DNA of 64,000 bases. It comes from Isoptericola halotolerans. GTDB lineage: Bacteria > Actinomycetota > Actinomycetes > Actinomycetales > Cellulomonadaceae. The DNA lies in NCBI RefSeq assembly GCF_013149785.1, contig NZ_JABEZU010000004.1, forward strand, positions 372,001-436,000, written 5' to 3'. Numbering within the stretch: the first letter of the stretch is position 1; every line of letters begins with the position of its first letter. This document shows, piece by piece, positions 51,611 to 62,006 of the stretch. The position numbers were made by a program, and so were the translations under genes. The notes under the pieces are model-generated. The model had not been told where the DNA came from. It made no database searches and was given only the letters and a program-made list of their open reading frames with translations.

Positions 51611-53725
51611 TCAGGCGGGGGTGTTGCGCACGACCAGGATGCAGGTGTCGTCCTCGGTACTGCCGTCCGCGCAGACCTCCACGATCGCGTCCCGCACCCC
51701 CGTGGCGTCCATCCCCGGCGTGATCTCCCCGGCACAGGTGCGCAGGTCGGCGAGCTGGGCGCGCAGCGACCGGTCACGGCGCTCCACGAGACCGTCCGTG
51801 AAGAGCACGAGCGACTCGCCGGGACACAGGACCGTCTCGGCCACGGGCACCGTGTCGTCGAGGTTCGAGACGCCGACGGGTGTCGTGAGCGCCCCGTCGA
51901 GGAGCTCCACGGTGCGGTCGGCCCGCAGGAGCAGCGGCGGTGGGTGACCGGCTCTCGTGTACGTGACCCGGCGGGAGCCCTCGTCGTCCGGCGGGTCGAC
52001 GAGCGCGAACACGCAGGTCGCCATCCCGGCCATGCCCAGACCCTGCACGAGCTCGTCCATGGTCGCGACGACCTCGGCGGGTGACCGGCCGGACCACGCC
52101 TCGGACCGGATCACCGAACGGAGCTGGCCCATGGACGCCGCGGCGCGGATGTCGTGCCCGACGACGTCGCCCACCGAGACCGCGACCTGCCCGCTGGGCA
52201 GCGGGACGACGTCGTACCAGTCGCCGCCGACGTCGGCACCCGCCGACGCCGCCTCGTAGAGCGCGGCGCAGTCGAGGCCCGGTGCCTCGACGATCTCGGG
52301 CAGCATGCTGCGCTGGAGCGTGACCGCGGCGTCGTGCTCGCGCCGGTAGAGACGGGCGTTGTCCAGGGCCAGCCCGGACCGGGCCCCGAGGGCGACGATG
52401 TCGCGCACGTCGTCCTGCGGGAAGGCGTCGACGTCGTCGCTGCTGACGACGACCAGCACGCCGATGACACGGTCGCGGCCGCGCAGCGGGACGACGATCG
52501 CCGAGCCCAGGCCGAGCCGCTCCAGCGCGGCGAGCTCCTCGGGGCTGGTGCGCCGCGGCAGGCTCTCGACGTCCACCGGGAACGGGGCGGGGAGGGTGTT
52601 CGGGCCGTCGGCGCCCAGCACACGCTGGATGGCCCCGGACTCGAAGGCCCACCGCTGCGACCGTTCGAGCAGCGCGACGTCCGCGGACCGTGCCGCGTCC
52701 CGGGCCGCGACGTGCACGAGCCGAGGACGGTTGTGGTCGTCGACCACGACGACGGCGCACCAGGAGCCGAAGTGCGGCGCCACCAGGTCGGGCAGCAGGG
52801 CGGCACCCGCCTCCTCGTCGAAGAGGCTCACGAGCGCCTGGGTGATGTTGGCCAGCAGCGCCAGCCGCTCGTTCTGCCGGTGCACGGCGTCCAGCTCGAG
52901 CAGCTGGCGACGGTCGTCGTGCACCCGGTCGGTCACGTCCGTCTGGATCCCGACGTGGTGGGTGACCAGGCCGTCCTCGTCCAGCACCGGGGAGACGACG
53001 ACCTGGTTCCAGAACGGGGTGCCGTCCTTGCGGTAGTTCAGCAGGGTCTCGCCGACGGCGTCACCCGCCTCCAGGGCGGCACGGATGCGGCCGACGGCTG
53101 CGGGATCGGTGCCGGCGCCCTGGAGGAACCGGCAGTTGCGCCCGACGACCTCGTCGGCGGTGTAGCCGGTCGCCAGGGTGAAGGCCGGGTTGACCCAGAC
53201 GAGCGGGTCGTCCGGCAGGGACGGGTCCGAGATCGTGAAGCTCAGGTGGCTCGCGACGGCGGCCCGCATCTGCAGCCCGTCGGGCGGGGCGCTCGGCGAC
53301 GCCGACTCCTGCAGCCCCGAGGTGGGCAGGATCACGAGGAGGGCACGGTCGACGAGATGCTCCGGCGCGCCGGCGAGGGGCAGACCCACCGCCCAGGAGA
53401 CGCTGTCGTCACCGCGCCGGGTCGAACGGAGCGCGAGGCCGTGCCCGTGGCGCAGCGACGCCAGGATCGCCGGGGCCGGCGAGGTGGCGACGGTGGTCGC
53501 CGGGGTGATGCCGGCGGCGGTGCACCAGGAGGCGAAGGAGACCGGCAGGCCCAGACCCCTGGCCATCCGCACGGCGACCGGGTTGGCGTCCACCACTCGT
53601 TCGGTGGCCGTGTCGAGGAGCAGCACGGCCCCGCCGCTGGCGACCTCGACGGGGTCGGCGACGCCGGGCAACAGCCCTTCTGCGTCCAGGAGCGTGTCGG
53701 GGGTCGCCGAGCGTCGGTCGTCCAT
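51611..53725 (-). CDS. LOV-GAF-SpoIIE (RsbU-like PP2C) phosphatase
   Basis: GRNCRFLQG, NYRKDGTPFWN, GIQTDVT (LOV); GAF ending LALDNARLY; LQRSMLP, VGGDWYD, GDVVGH, AGHPPP, TDGLVE, DD (PP2C). Confidence 0.92.
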   Translation of the reverse strand: MDDRRSATPDTLLDAEGLLPGVADPVEVASGGAVLLLDTATERVVDANPVAVRMARGLGLPVSFASWCTAAGITPATTVATSPAPAILASLRHGHGLALRSTRRGDDSVSWAVGLPLAGAPEHLVDRALLVILPTSGLQESASPSAPPDGLQMRAAVASHLSFTISDPSLPDDPLVWVNPAFTLATGYTADEVVGRNCRFLQGAGTDPAAVGRIRAALEAGDAVGETLLNYRKDGTPFWNQVVVSPVLDEDGLVTHHVGIQTDVTDRVHDDRRQLLELDAVHRQNERLALLANITQALVSLFDEEAGAALLPDLVAPHFGSWCAVVVVDDHNRPRLVHVAARDAARSADVALLERSQRWAFESGAIQRVLGADGPNTLPAPFPVDVESLPRRTSPEELAALERLGLGSAIVVPLRGRDRVIGVLVVVSSDDVDAFPQDDVRDIVALGARSGLALDNARLYRREHDAAVTLQRSMLPEIVEAPGLDCAALYEAASAGADVGGDWYDVVPLPSGQVAVSVGDVVGHDIRAAASMGQLRSVIRSEAWSGRSPAEVVATMDELVQGLGMAGMATCVFALVDPPDDEGSRRVTYTRAGHPPPLLLRADRTVELLDGALTTPVGVSNLDDTVPVAETVLCPGESLVLFTDGLVERRDRSLRAQLADLRTCAGEITPGMDATGVRDAIVEVCADGSTEDDTCILVVRNTPA

Positions 53726-53842
53726 GTCGCCATCCCTCGCCCCGGTCCTGGCCGACGAAGCGGCACCCTCCTGTAGGTACTCATCATCCGGAGCGCGGAC
53801 GCGCCTGTCCAGCGCGTGAACTGTGTGGTACCGCGCGGTGCC

Positions 53843-55174
53843 TCAGGATCGGGCGACGTCGGTCGGGCTGACCTCGGCCGGCGACCTCGCGCCACGGAAC
53901 CCCATGAGCGCCGCCACCGCCAGGTAGGCCAGCGCCAGCAGCACGAAGAGCTCGCGCGACCAGCCGTCGTCGGGCACCGCGAACGCCGCGAGGACGGCTG
54001 CACCCACGAACGCCGCGTTGTACAGCACGTCGTAGAACGCGAAGGCGCGGCCGCGGTAGTCGTCGTGCGTGTCGCGCTGCACGATCGTGTCGACGGCGAT
54101 CTTGGCGCTCTGCGCGGCCAGGCCCAGCAGGCCCGCCCCCACCAGGATCACCGTCCGTGAGGGCGTGGTGGCCAGCAGGAGCTGCGACGCCGCGGCGAGC
54201 AGCAGCATCCACACGATCCATCCCTGCGGGCCCGTGCGCCGTGACAGCACCGGGGTGATGACGACGGCGCCGGCACCGCCGATCCCGGTCATGGCGATGA
54301 CCAGGGCGAAGTTCGCCAGGCCCGCCGAGGTGTCGCCCGGTTCGGCCAGCAGGTTCCGCGAGATGAGGATGGCGGCGATGAACACGACGCCGTACAGGAA
54401 CCGGTGCGCCGCCATCACGAGCAGGCCCTGCCCCGGTGTCCGGCGAGCGACCAGGTACCGGGCGCCGTCCGTCAGGCCACGCGCCACGGCCACGACCTCG
54501 GCGCCGAGCCTCCCGCGGACCGGGTGCTCGGGACCGAGCTGGTCGCGCCCGAGGCGCAGCGCGAGCAGGGCCGCGACCCCGAAGACCACCGCCGCGCACA
54601 CGAGCGCGGCGGCGTCGTGCATCCGGCCCGGAGGAAGTCCGAGACCGAGGAGGAACCCGACGCCACCGCCCAGGAAGAGCGCCCCCGCGCCCAGCGTCGG
54701 GGTCAGCGAGTTGGCCGTGAGCAGCAGCGGACCGTCCACGACGCGCGGCAGACCGGCGCTGAGAGCCGCCAGCAGGAAGCGGTTCACGCTCAGGGCCACC
54801 AACCCCAGCACGACGATCCAGACCTCGCCCGCACCGGCAAGACCGCCCGTGAGCATGATCGTCGCCATCGCGCCCGCCACGACGACGCGGACCGCGTTGC
54901 CCACGGCGAGCACCTGGCGACGGCGCCACCGGTCCAGCAGCACCCCGGCGAACGGGCCGACCAGGGTGAACGGCGCCAGCATGACGGCGAAGGCACCCGC
55001 GACGCCCGCCGCGGTCCCGGCGCGCTCGGGGGAGAAGAACAGCAGGGAGGCCAGCCCGACCTGGAACATGCCGTCACCGGCCTGGGACACCAGGCGGACG
55101 GCGAACAGCCGCCGGAAACCCGGCAGCCGCAGCAGGGCGACCAGGTCCCGCCCGGTCTCGGTGATGGCTCCCAC
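53843..55174 (-). CDS. MFS transporter
   Basis: FRRLFAVRLVSQAGDG, GPFAGVLLDRW, DDYRGRAFAFYD. Start either GTG 55174 or GTG 55204. Confidence 0.88.
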   Translation of the reverse strand: MGAITETGRDLVALLRLPGFRRLFAVRLVSQAGDGMFQVGLASLLFFSPERAGTAAGVAGAFAVMLAPFTLVGPFAGVLLDRWRRRQVLAVGNAVRVVVAGAMATIMLTGGLAGAGEVWIVVLGLVALSVNRFLLAALSAGLPRVVDGPLLLTANSLTPTLGAGALFLGGGVGFLLGLGLPPGRMHDAAALVCAAVVFGVAALLALRLGRDQLGPEHPVRGRLGAEVVAVARGLTDGARYLVARRTPGQGLLVMAAHRFLYGVVFIAAILISRNLLAEPGDTSAGLANFALVIAMTGIGGAGAVVITPVLSRRTGPQGWIVWMLLLAAASQLLLATTPSRTVILVGAGLLGLAAQSAKIAVDTIVQRDTHDDYRGRAFAFYDVLYNAAFVGAAVLAAFAVPDDGWSRELFVLLALAYLAVAALMGFRGARSPAEVSPTDVARS

Positions 55175-55229
55175 AGCGGCCAGCCTTTCACGTCGGAAGG
55201 GCACCGCCGTCGGGCAGGCCGGGACGCAG

Positions 55230-55264
55230 CGTGCCCGACGGCGGATGTTCCGCCGTCGGGCACG
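55230..55264 (-). terminator. Hairpin downstream of ino1
   Basis: CGTGCCCGACGGCGGA-TGT-TCCGCCGTCGGGCACG, 16-bp stem. Confidence 0.6.
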
Positions 55265-55282
55265 GGTGCGGTGCGAGGCGCT

Positions 55283-55406
55283 CGCTCCAGGTCAGCGCTC
55301 CGGACTATCGCTCCAGCTGTCTGGTCGCGCTGCCCTTGCGCTCCGCTTCGGGCGAGTGCCTCGTTCCTCGGCCCTCACCCTTCGCTGCGCTCCAGGTCAG
55401 CGCTCC
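55283..55406. repeat. 19-bp direct repeat, 105 bp apart, flanking a short insert at the ino1 stop
   Basis: CGCTCCAGGTCAGCGCTCC at 55283-55301 and 55388-55406. Confidence 0.75.
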
Positions 55407-56488
55407 ACGTCACCGCGGATGAAGGCCTCCAGGTGGCGGCGGCCCTCGGAGTCCTCCATCTGCACGGGCGGGGACTTCATGAAGTACGTCGAGGCCGACA
55501 GGATCGGTCCGCCGGTGCCGCGGTCCTTGGCGATCTTCGCGGCACGGATGGCGTCGATGATGATGCCGGCCGAGTTGGGGGAGTCCCACACCTCGAGCTT
55601 GTACTCCATGTTCAGCGGGGCACCGCCGAACGCGCGACCCTCGAGGCGCACGTACGCCCACTTGCGGTCGTCGAGCCAGGCGACGTAGTCCGACGGACCG
55701 ATGTGGACGTTGCGGTCCTCCGTCTTGCCGGCGAGCGCGCCCGTCAGGTTCGAGGTGACGGCCTGCGTCTTGGAGACCTTCTTCGACTCGAGGCGGTCGC
55801 GCTGCAGCATGTTCTTGAAGTCCATGTTGCCGCCGACGTTGAGCTGGTACGTGCGGTCCAGCACCACGCCGCGGTCCTCGAACAGCTTGGCGAGCACGCG
55901 GTGCGTGATGGTCGCGCCGACCTGCGACTTGATGTCGTCGCCGACGATCGGCACACCGGCGTCCTCGAACTTCTTCGCCCACTCGGGGTCGGAGGCGATG
56001 AACACGGGCAGCGCGTTGACGAAGGCGACGCCCGCGTCGATGGCGCACTGCGCGTAGAACTTGTCGGCCTCCTCGGAACCCACCGGCAGGTAGGACACCA
56101 GGACGTCGACCTTCGCGTCCTTCAGCGTCTGCACGACGTCGACGGCCTCGCGGTCGGACTCGTCGATGGTCGCGGCGTAGTAGTCGCCGAGGCCGTCGAG
56201 GGTCGGGCCGCGCTGGACCATGACGCCCGTGGGCGGAACGTCCGCGATCTTGATGGTGTTGTTCTCCGAGGCGAGGATCGCCTCGGCCAGGTCGAAGCCG
56301 ACCTTCTTCGCGTCGACGTCGAACGCCGCCACGAACTCGAGGTCGCTCACGTGGTAGTCGCCGAACTGCACGTGCATGAGACCCGGGACGGTGTCTGACG
56401 GGTCGGCGTCGCGGTAGTAGTGCACACCCTGGACCAGGGACGATGCACAGTTTCCGACGCCGACGATGGCAACGCGGACGGAGGTCAT
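55397..56488 (-). CDS. ino1: myo-inositol-1-phosphate synthase
   Basis: [47 protein letters not shown]. Confidence 0.97.
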   Translation of the reverse strand: MTSVRVAIVGVGNCASSLVQGVHYYRDADPSDTVPGLMHVQFGDYHVSDLEFVAAFDVDAKKVGFDLAEAILASENNTIKIADVPPTGVMVQRGPTLDGLGDYYAATIDESDREAVDVVQTLKDAKVDVLVSYLPVGSEEADKFYAQCAIDAGVAFVNALPVFIASDPEWAKKFEDAGVPIVGDDIKSQVGATITHRVLAKLFEDRGVVLDRTYQLNVGGNMDFKNMLQRDRLESKKVSKTQAVTSNLTGALAGKTEDRNVHIGPSDYVAWLDDRKWAYVRLEGRAFGGAPLNMEYKLEVWDSPNSAGIIIDAIRAAKIAKDRGTGGPILSASTYFMKSPPVQMEDSEGRRHLEAFIRGDVER

Positions 56489-57162
56489 CCTCGCTCCTTG
56501 TTTCTCGGGGTCGGGACGTCGTGCGTCCCGACGGTCTTGTCGCGGCTGCTCGCGCGGTCGCGCTCGGTCATGATGAGCCCGTCGAGCCAGCGCACCTCGC
56601 GCTCGACCTGCTCCAACCCGTGCCGTTGCAGCTCGAGCGTGTACTCGTCGAGCCTCTCTCGGGTACGGGCTGCGGACTCCCGGACCGCCTCCAAGCGCTC
56701 GGTCAGCCGGGTGCGCCGGCCCTCGAGGATGCGGAGGCGGGTCTCGGCGTCCGTCTGCGCGAACAGCGCGAACCGGACGTCGAAGCTCTCGTCCTCCCAG
56801 GCCGCGGGACCCGAGGAGGCGAGAGTGGTCTGGAGGTGCTCCTTGCCGTCGGCAGTGAGCCGGTACACGATACGCCCGCGGCGCCCGGTCAGCGGCTTGC
56901 TGCCCGACGCCGGACGTCCGGTCGTCGTGGACGTGCCGGCGCGGGGGCCGGTCCGGACGGCGGTGGTCGGGTCGGGTTCGACGATCTCGATGAGACCCCT
57001 GGTCACCAGCGACTTCAGCGCCGGGTAGAGAGTGCCGTACGAGAAGGCCCGGAACGACCCGAGGAGCAGGTTGAGCCGCTTGCGCAGCTCGTAGCCGTGC
57101 AGCGGCGCGGCGCTGAGCAGGCCGAGGATGGCCGTCTCGAGGACGTTCGAGCGACTACGCAC
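56485..57162 (-). CDS. PadR family transcriptional regulator (Rv0047c-like position)
   Basis: AILGLL...HGYELRKRL...[12 protein letters not shown] after GGAGGAGG; stop overlaps the ino1 start. Confidence 0.92.
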   Translation of the reverse strand: MRSRSNVLETAILGLLSAAPLHGYELRKRLNLLLGSFRAFSYGTLYPALKSLVTRGLIEIVEPDPTTAVRTGPRAGTSTTTGRPASGSKPLTGRRGRIVYRLTADGKEHLQTTLASSGPAAWEDESFDVRFALFAQTDAETRLRILEGRRTRLTERLEAVRESAARTRERLDEYTLELQRHGLEQVEREVRWLDGLIMTERDRASSRDKTVGTHDVPTPRNKERG

Positions 57163-57225
57163 CCTGCTGTCCTCCTCCGCGTCGGGCTGCCCGGCAGGAT
57201 CCGTCACCCGATCCTGTGGACTCGT

Positions 57226-57242
57226 TGTATCGAGTCGATACA
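57226..57242. promoter_or_regulatory. Perfect 8-1-8 palindrome, putative PadR operator
   Basis: TGTATCGA-G-TCGATACA upstream of padR-ino1. Confidence 0.7.
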
Positions 57243-57485
57243 TCGTGAGGATAGGACGCATCACGCGACGAAGCCAACGGGACACACCTGTCCACCGTCG
57301 GGCGCCGAGATGTGAAGGCCTCGTGGAGCACGCCGTGGGGCCGTGGGGACGGTCGGCGTGGAACCGCGTCAGACCCGCCCGGTCTGGACATCCGCTCGGG
57401 TGGATCCCCTAGTGTTTCCTGTGGTCACTCGTGCCCGTTGGGGGCGGGACGGCTCCGAGGACCTCCGCGATCGAAAGGCAGGGAC

Positions 57486-60014
57486 GTGGCGAGCAAGCGC
57501 AGGCGTCGCTTCTGGAACTACCCACGCCGTGGCAAGAACGTCGTGCAGCGCTGGCTGCCGTCGTGGCGTGTCGTCGTGGGCTGCATGCTCGGTGGCATCG
57601 CCCTCGGTGCGGGCCTCTTCTTCGCCGCGTGGACGTCCACGGAGATCCCGGACAACCTCGACGACGTCGAGAACCAGGCCACCACGGTCTACTACGGCAA
57701 CGGCAACGAGGTCGGCTCGTACTCCACGATCAAGCGGGAGCTCGTCGACTACGACACCCTGCCCGCCTACGTGGGGGACGCCGTCGTCGCCTCCGAGGAC
57801 GCCACCTTCTGGACCAACGGAGGCGTCGACTTCCGTGGCATCGCCCGTGCGGCGATGAACAACGTGACCGGGTCCGGCGGCCGGCAGGGCGCCTCCACCC
57901 TCACCCAGCAGTACGTCGAGCAGTACTACCTCGGCCGGACGCAGGACTACCTGGGCAAGGCCAAGGAAGCGATCATCGCGCTGAAGATCGCCCGTGACCA
58001 GTCCAAGGAGCTGGTGCTGGAGCGGTACCTCAACACCATCTACTTCGGGCGAGGGGCGTACGGCGTCCAGGCCGCCGCGCAGGCGTACTTCGAGAAGGAC
58101 GCCGCCGACCTCACCTACTCCGAGGCGGCGATGCTGTCCGGCATCATCCCCTCGCCGGTCAACTACGACCCCTCCGTGCAGCTCGAGGTCGCGCAGAAGC
58201 GGTGGCAGCGCAGCATCAACCGCATGGCCGACCAGGGGTACATCACCGAGGAGGAGCGGCAGTCGGCCGAGTTCCCGGAGTTCGTGGAGAAGCAGGAGAA
58301 CACCAACAGCCTCGGTGGCCAGAAGGGCTACGTCATGGCCGCGGTGAAGACCGAGCTGCTCAAGAACGGCCTGACCGAGGAGGAGTTGGAGACCAAGGGC
58401 CTGCAGATCTACACCACGATCAAGCCCAAGCTGCAGCGCGAGGCCGCTGACATCGTCAAGAACATGCCCGACGACGCCAGCAAGAAGGTGCGACCCTCCA
58501 TCGTCTCCATCGACCCGTCCAACGGCGACATCGTCGCGCTGTACGGCGGGAAGAACTACATCAAGCAGTCGCTGAACACCGCGACGCAGGACACCGTGCA
58601 GGGCGGTTCGACGTTCAAGCCGTTCACGCTCATCGGGGCCCTCGAGGAGGGCTACGACCTCACCACGACGTTCGACGGGAACTCGCCGAAGGTGTTCCCC
58701 GGTGCCGACAACGGCAACGACTGGACGGTCAACAACTTCGGCGGCCAGAGCCTCGGCAGCAGCATCGACCTGGTCACCGCGACCGCCAACTCGGTGAACA
58801 CCGCCTACGCCGAGCTCAACATGGAGGTCGGTCCGCAGAAGACGGTGGAGGTGGCGCACCGCCTCGGCATCCGCGAGTCGACCGACCTCCTGTCCAACAA
58901 CGGCAACGTGCTCGGGACCGACTCCGTGTACCCCGTCGATCTCGCCTCGGCCTACGCGACCATCGCGGCCGAGGGCATGTACATCGAGCCGCACGTCGTG
59001 GATCGGGTGGAGCACCGCGACGGCACCGTGCGCTGGGAGCCCGACACGGTGGCCGAGAAGCGGTTCGAGCGGGACACGATGGCGGCCGCCACGTACGCGA
59101 TGACCCAGGTCGTCGAGCAGGGTTCCGGCCGCGCCGCCCTGGACCTCACCGGGCCCGACGGCACCCGCCGTCCCGTGGCGGGCAAGACCGGTACCGCGAA
59201 CGACAACGAGACGGCATGGTTCGCCGGGTACACCCCGCAGCTCGCCACCATCGTCAACGTGCGCCAGTACAAGAACGTCGACGTCGAGGAGGGCATCCTC
59301 GGCGGGAAGGAGCCGATCGACACGTTCGGCGGCTATCCCGAGATCACCGGTAGCACGTGGCCGGCTGCGGCGTGGACGGAGTTCATGCAGGTGGCGCTCG
59401 AGGGCGAGGAGATCGAGGAGTTCCCGACCTACACGCCGCCGACGCCCTCGTACTCGCCCTCCCCGACGCCGTCGGAGACGGAGGAGGAAGAGGTCGAGTG
59501 GGTCGAGCTGCCGGGCAACCTCGTCGGGATGAACGTCTCGCAGGCGACGAACCTGCTCGAGGGGCTGGACCTGCGGGTCGCCACCGAGGCCGTCAACGAC
59601 GAGGCGTCGAAGGGCACCGTCCTGGAGGTCCGTAACGGCGGCGGGCGCGTCCCGGTCGGGTCCACGATCACCCTGGTGGTCTCCACCGGGAGGTCCGACG
59701 AGCCGCAGCAGGTCGCCGTCCCGAACGTCACCGGGCAGGCGCGGACCGCCGCGGAGCAGCAGCTCCGACGGGTCGGGCTGTCGTCGTCCACCACCGAGGA
59801 GTACAGCGACCGACCGGTCGGTGAGGTGCTGCGGACCGAGCCCGGCGCCGGTGCGGAGGTGGAGCCCGGTGCGACGGTGACGATCGTCGTCTCGCGGGGC
59901 CCGGAGCAGCAAGAGCCTCCCGAGCAGCCTGATCCCGGCCCGCCGGACGACGACGGCCCGGGCGACGGTCCCGGGAACGGTGGCGGTGGCGGTGGCGGCG
60001 AGGACGACGGGTGA
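57486..60014 (+). CDS. ponA: Class A penicillin-binding protein (transglycosylase/transpeptidase) with two PASTA domains
   Basis: ASEDATF, GASTLTQQY, YLNTIYFG; GSTFK, SVN, KTG; C-terminal VELPGNLVG and VAVPNVTG repeats. Confidence 0.93.
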   Translation: MASKRRRRFWNYPRRGKNVVQRWLPSWRVVVGCMLGGIALGAGLFFAAWTSTEIPDNLDDVENQATTVYYGNGNEVGSYSTIKRELVDYDTLPAYVGDAVVASEDATFWTNGGVDFRGIARAAMNNVTGSGGRQGASTLTQQYVEQYYLGRTQDYLGKAKEAIIALKIARDQSKELVLERYLNTIYFGRGAYGVQAAAQAYFEKDAADLTYSEAAMLSGIIPSPVNYDPSVQLEVAQKRWQRSINRMADQGYITEEERQSAEFPEFVEKQENTNSLGGQKGYVMAAVKTELLKNGLTEEELETKGLQIYTTIKPKLQREAADIVKNMPDDASKKVRPSIVSIDPSNGDIVALYGGKNYIKQSLNTATQDTVQGGSTFKPFTLIGALEEGYDLTTTFDGNSPKVFPGADNGNDWTVNNFGGQSLGSSIDLVTATANSVNTAYAELNMEVGPQKTVEVAHRLGIRESTDLLSNNGNVLGTDSVYPVDLASAYATIAAEGMYIEPHVVDRVEHRDGTVRWEPDTVAEKRFERDTMAAATYAMTQVVEQGSGRAALDLTGPDGTRRPVAGKTGTANDNETAWFAGYTPQLATIVNVRQYKNVDVEEGILGGKEPIDTFGGYPEITGSTWPAAAWTEFMQVALEGEEIEEFPTYTPPTPSYSPSPTPSETEEEEVEWVELPGNLVGMNVSQATNLLEGLDLRVATEAVNDEASKGTVLEVRNGGGRVPVGSTITLVVSTGRSDEPQQVAVPNVTGQARTAAEQQLRRVGLSSSTTEEYSDRPVGEVLRTEPGAGAEVEPGATVTIVVSRGPEQQEPPEQPDPGPPDDDGPGDGPGNGGGGGGGEDDG

Positions 60015-60121
60015 CCGACGCCACCTGACGGGCTCGCCGGCCTGACTTCCTGCCAGGGTGCCGGGAACGGTAGTCTGGTGGACTGGCCGTGCCTTCGATG
60101 GGCGCGGCCGACGCACGCAAG

Positions 60122-60173
60122 AACCCTCCTGCCACGGACAGACCGTGGCCGTCGAGACCAGAGGAGGTGGGTT
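60122..60173 (+). ncRNA. S6:S18 ribosomal protein leader-like structure
   Basis: GCCACGG/CCGTGGC stem followed by CCG; AACCCTCCT can pair with the SD-containing AGGAGGTGGGTT just before rpsF. Confidence 0.6.
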
Positions 60174-60179
60174 GAACAC

Positions 60180-60470
60180 ATGCGTCAGTACGAACTGATG
60201 GTGATCCTGGACCCGGAGGTCGAGGAGCGCACCGTGGCCCCGTCGCTCGAGAAGCTGCTCACGGTCGTCAAGACCGAGGGCGGCACCGTCGACAACGTGG
60301 ACATCTGGGGCCGTCGCCGTATGGCTTACGAGATCAACAAGCGGGCCGAGGGCATCTACGCCGTCGTGGACTTCACGTCGACGCCGGCCACCGCGAAGGA
60401 GCTGGACCGTCAGCTCGGCCTGAACGAGGCCGTGCTGCGTACGAAGATCCTGCGCCCCAGCGCTCGCTGA
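60180..60470 (+). CDS. rpsF: 30S ribosomal protein S6
   Basis: [22 protein letters not shown]. Confidence 0.97.
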   Translation: MRQYELMVILDPEVEERTVAPSLEKLLTVVKTEGGTVDNVDIWGRRRMAYEINKRAEGIYAVVDFTSTPATAKELDRQLGLNEAVLRTKILRPSAR

Positions 60471-60587
60471 GTCTGCTGAACCGAAACACTCCCGGTCCCG
60501 TGCGTCCTCCCTGTGGGAGGCTCGTGGTGGGATCATCCCTGGACATCGAGGACAGCCGAATCTCGCGGACGAACGAAGGAGCTTGGC

Positions 60588-61148
60588 ATGGCTGGTGAGA
60601 CCGTCATCACGGTTGTTGGAAACCTGACTGCGGACCCGGAGCTGCGCTTCACCCCGTCGGGTGCTGCCGTCGCCAACTTCACGATCGCGTCCACGCCTCG
60701 CACGTTCGACAGGCAGTCGAACGAGTGGAAGGACGGAGAGGCGCTGTTCCTGCGCTGCTCCATCTGGCGCGAGGCTGCGGAGAACGTCGCCGAGTCGCTG
60801 ACGAAGGGCATGCGCGTCATCGCGCAGGGCCGTCTGACGCAGCGCTCGTACGAGACCCGCGAGGGCGAGAAGCGCACCGTCGTCGAGCTGCAGGTGGACG
60901 AGATCGGCCCGTCGTTGAGGTTCGCCTCGGCCAAGGTCACTCGTGCCCAGCGCTCCGGCGGCGGTGGCGGATTCGGTGGTGGCGGCGGGGGCTACGGCGG
61001 TAACGCCGGTGCCCCCGGTGGCCAGCCCAGCGGTGGCCAGGGTGGCGGTTTCGGTTCTTCCGGTGGCGGTCAGCAGCAGAACGACCCCTGGGCCACGGCA
61101 GGCCCGGCGTCGTCCGGCGGCGGGTTCTCCGACGAGCCCCCGTTCTGA
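60588..61148 (+). CDS. ssb: Single-stranded DNA-binding protein
   Basis: [22 protein letters not shown], Gly-rich linker, DEPPF tail. Confidence 0.97.
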   Translation: MAGETVITVVGNLTADPELRFTPSGAAVANFTIASTPRTFDRQSNEWKDGEALFLRCSIWREAAENVAESLTKGMRVIAQGRLTQRSYETREGEKRTVVELQVDEIGPSLRFASAKVTRAQRSGGGGGFGGGGGGYGGNAGAPGGQPSGGQGGGFGSSGGGQQQNDPWATAGPASSGGGFSDEPPF

Positions 61149-61226
61149 TCGCCGCTCAACCCCAGATCATCCCCTGTCCCGGCGGTACGTACCGGCCGGG
61201 ACGATCCTGAGTAAGGAGCACTCACC

Positions 61227-61463
61227 ATGGCCAAGCCTGTGGTGCGCAAGCCCAAGAAGAAGGCCAACCCGCTCAAGGCGGCGAAGGTCGAGACGGTGGA
61301 CTACAAGGACACCGCACTGCTGCGCAAGTTCATCTCCGACCGTGGCAAGATCCGCGCTCGTCGGGTCACCGGCGTCTCCGTGCAGGAGCAGCGCCAGATC
61401 GCCAAGGCCGTCAAGAATGCCCGCGAGATGGCCCTGCTGCCGTACTCGTCGTCGGCTCGCTGA
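61227..61463 (+). CDS. rpsR: 30S ribosomal protein S18
   Basis: [25 protein letters not shown]...AREMALLPY. Confidence 0.97.
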   Translation: MAKPVVRKPKKKANPLKAAKVETVDYKDTALLRKFISDRGKIRARRVTGVSVQEQRQIAKAVKNAREMALLPYSSSAR

Positions 61464-61481
61464 CCGGAAAGGATCCAGATC

Positions 61482-61931
61482 ATGGCAAAGCTGATCCTGA
61501 CCCACGAGGTCACCGGTCTCGGTGAGCCCGGGGACGTCGTCGAGGTGAAGGACGGGTACGCCCGTAACTTCCTCATCCCCCGCTCGCTGGCCACTCCGTG
61601 GACCAAGGGTGCCGAGTCGCAGGTCTCCGCGATCCGCAAGGCTCGCAAGTCCCGCGAGATCGCCACGCGTGAGGACGCGGAGGCTGCTGCAGCCTCGATC
61701 GAGGCGAAGTCGTACACCATCGAGGCGCACGCCGGTGAGTCCGGTCGTCTCTTCGGTGCGGTCACCACCGCCGACATCGCCGCCGCGGTCTCCGCCGCCG
61801 GTGGCCCGTCGGTCGACAAGCGCAAGATCGAGATCGGCCAGCCGATCAAGTCGACCGGTGAGCACGCCGTGTCGATCCGCCTCCACCCCGAGGTGTCGGC
61901 GAAGATCGAGCTCGCGGTCGTCGCCGGCTGA
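61482..61931 (+). CDS. rplI: 50S ribosomal protein L9
   Basis: [34 protein letters not shown]. Confidence 0.97.
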   Translation: MAKLILTHEVTGLGEPGDVVEVKDGYARNFLIPRSLATPWTKGAESQVSAIRKARKSREIATREDAEAAAASIEAKSYTIEAHAGESGRLFGAVTTADIAAAVSAAGGPSVDKRKIEIGQPIKSTGEHAVSIRLHPEVSAKIELAVVAG

Positions 61932-61948
61932 CGCTGGTCCGACCACCC

Positions 61949-61993
61949 GAAGGCCTCGTCGCCGCTCGCACTGCGAGCGGCGACGAGGCCTTC
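61949..61993 (+). terminator. Terminator after rplI
   Basis: GAAGGCCTCGTCGCCGCTCGCA-C-TGCGAGCGGCGACGAGGCCTTC. Confidence 0.8.
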
Positions 61994-62006
61994 TGCGTTC
62001 CCGTCC

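Noticed and set aside
61227..61463. Cys-free S18 as a zinc-starvation paralog
   Set aside because: It sits in the canonical rpsF-ssb-rpsR-rplI operon with no Zur box, so it is most likely the housekeeping copy.
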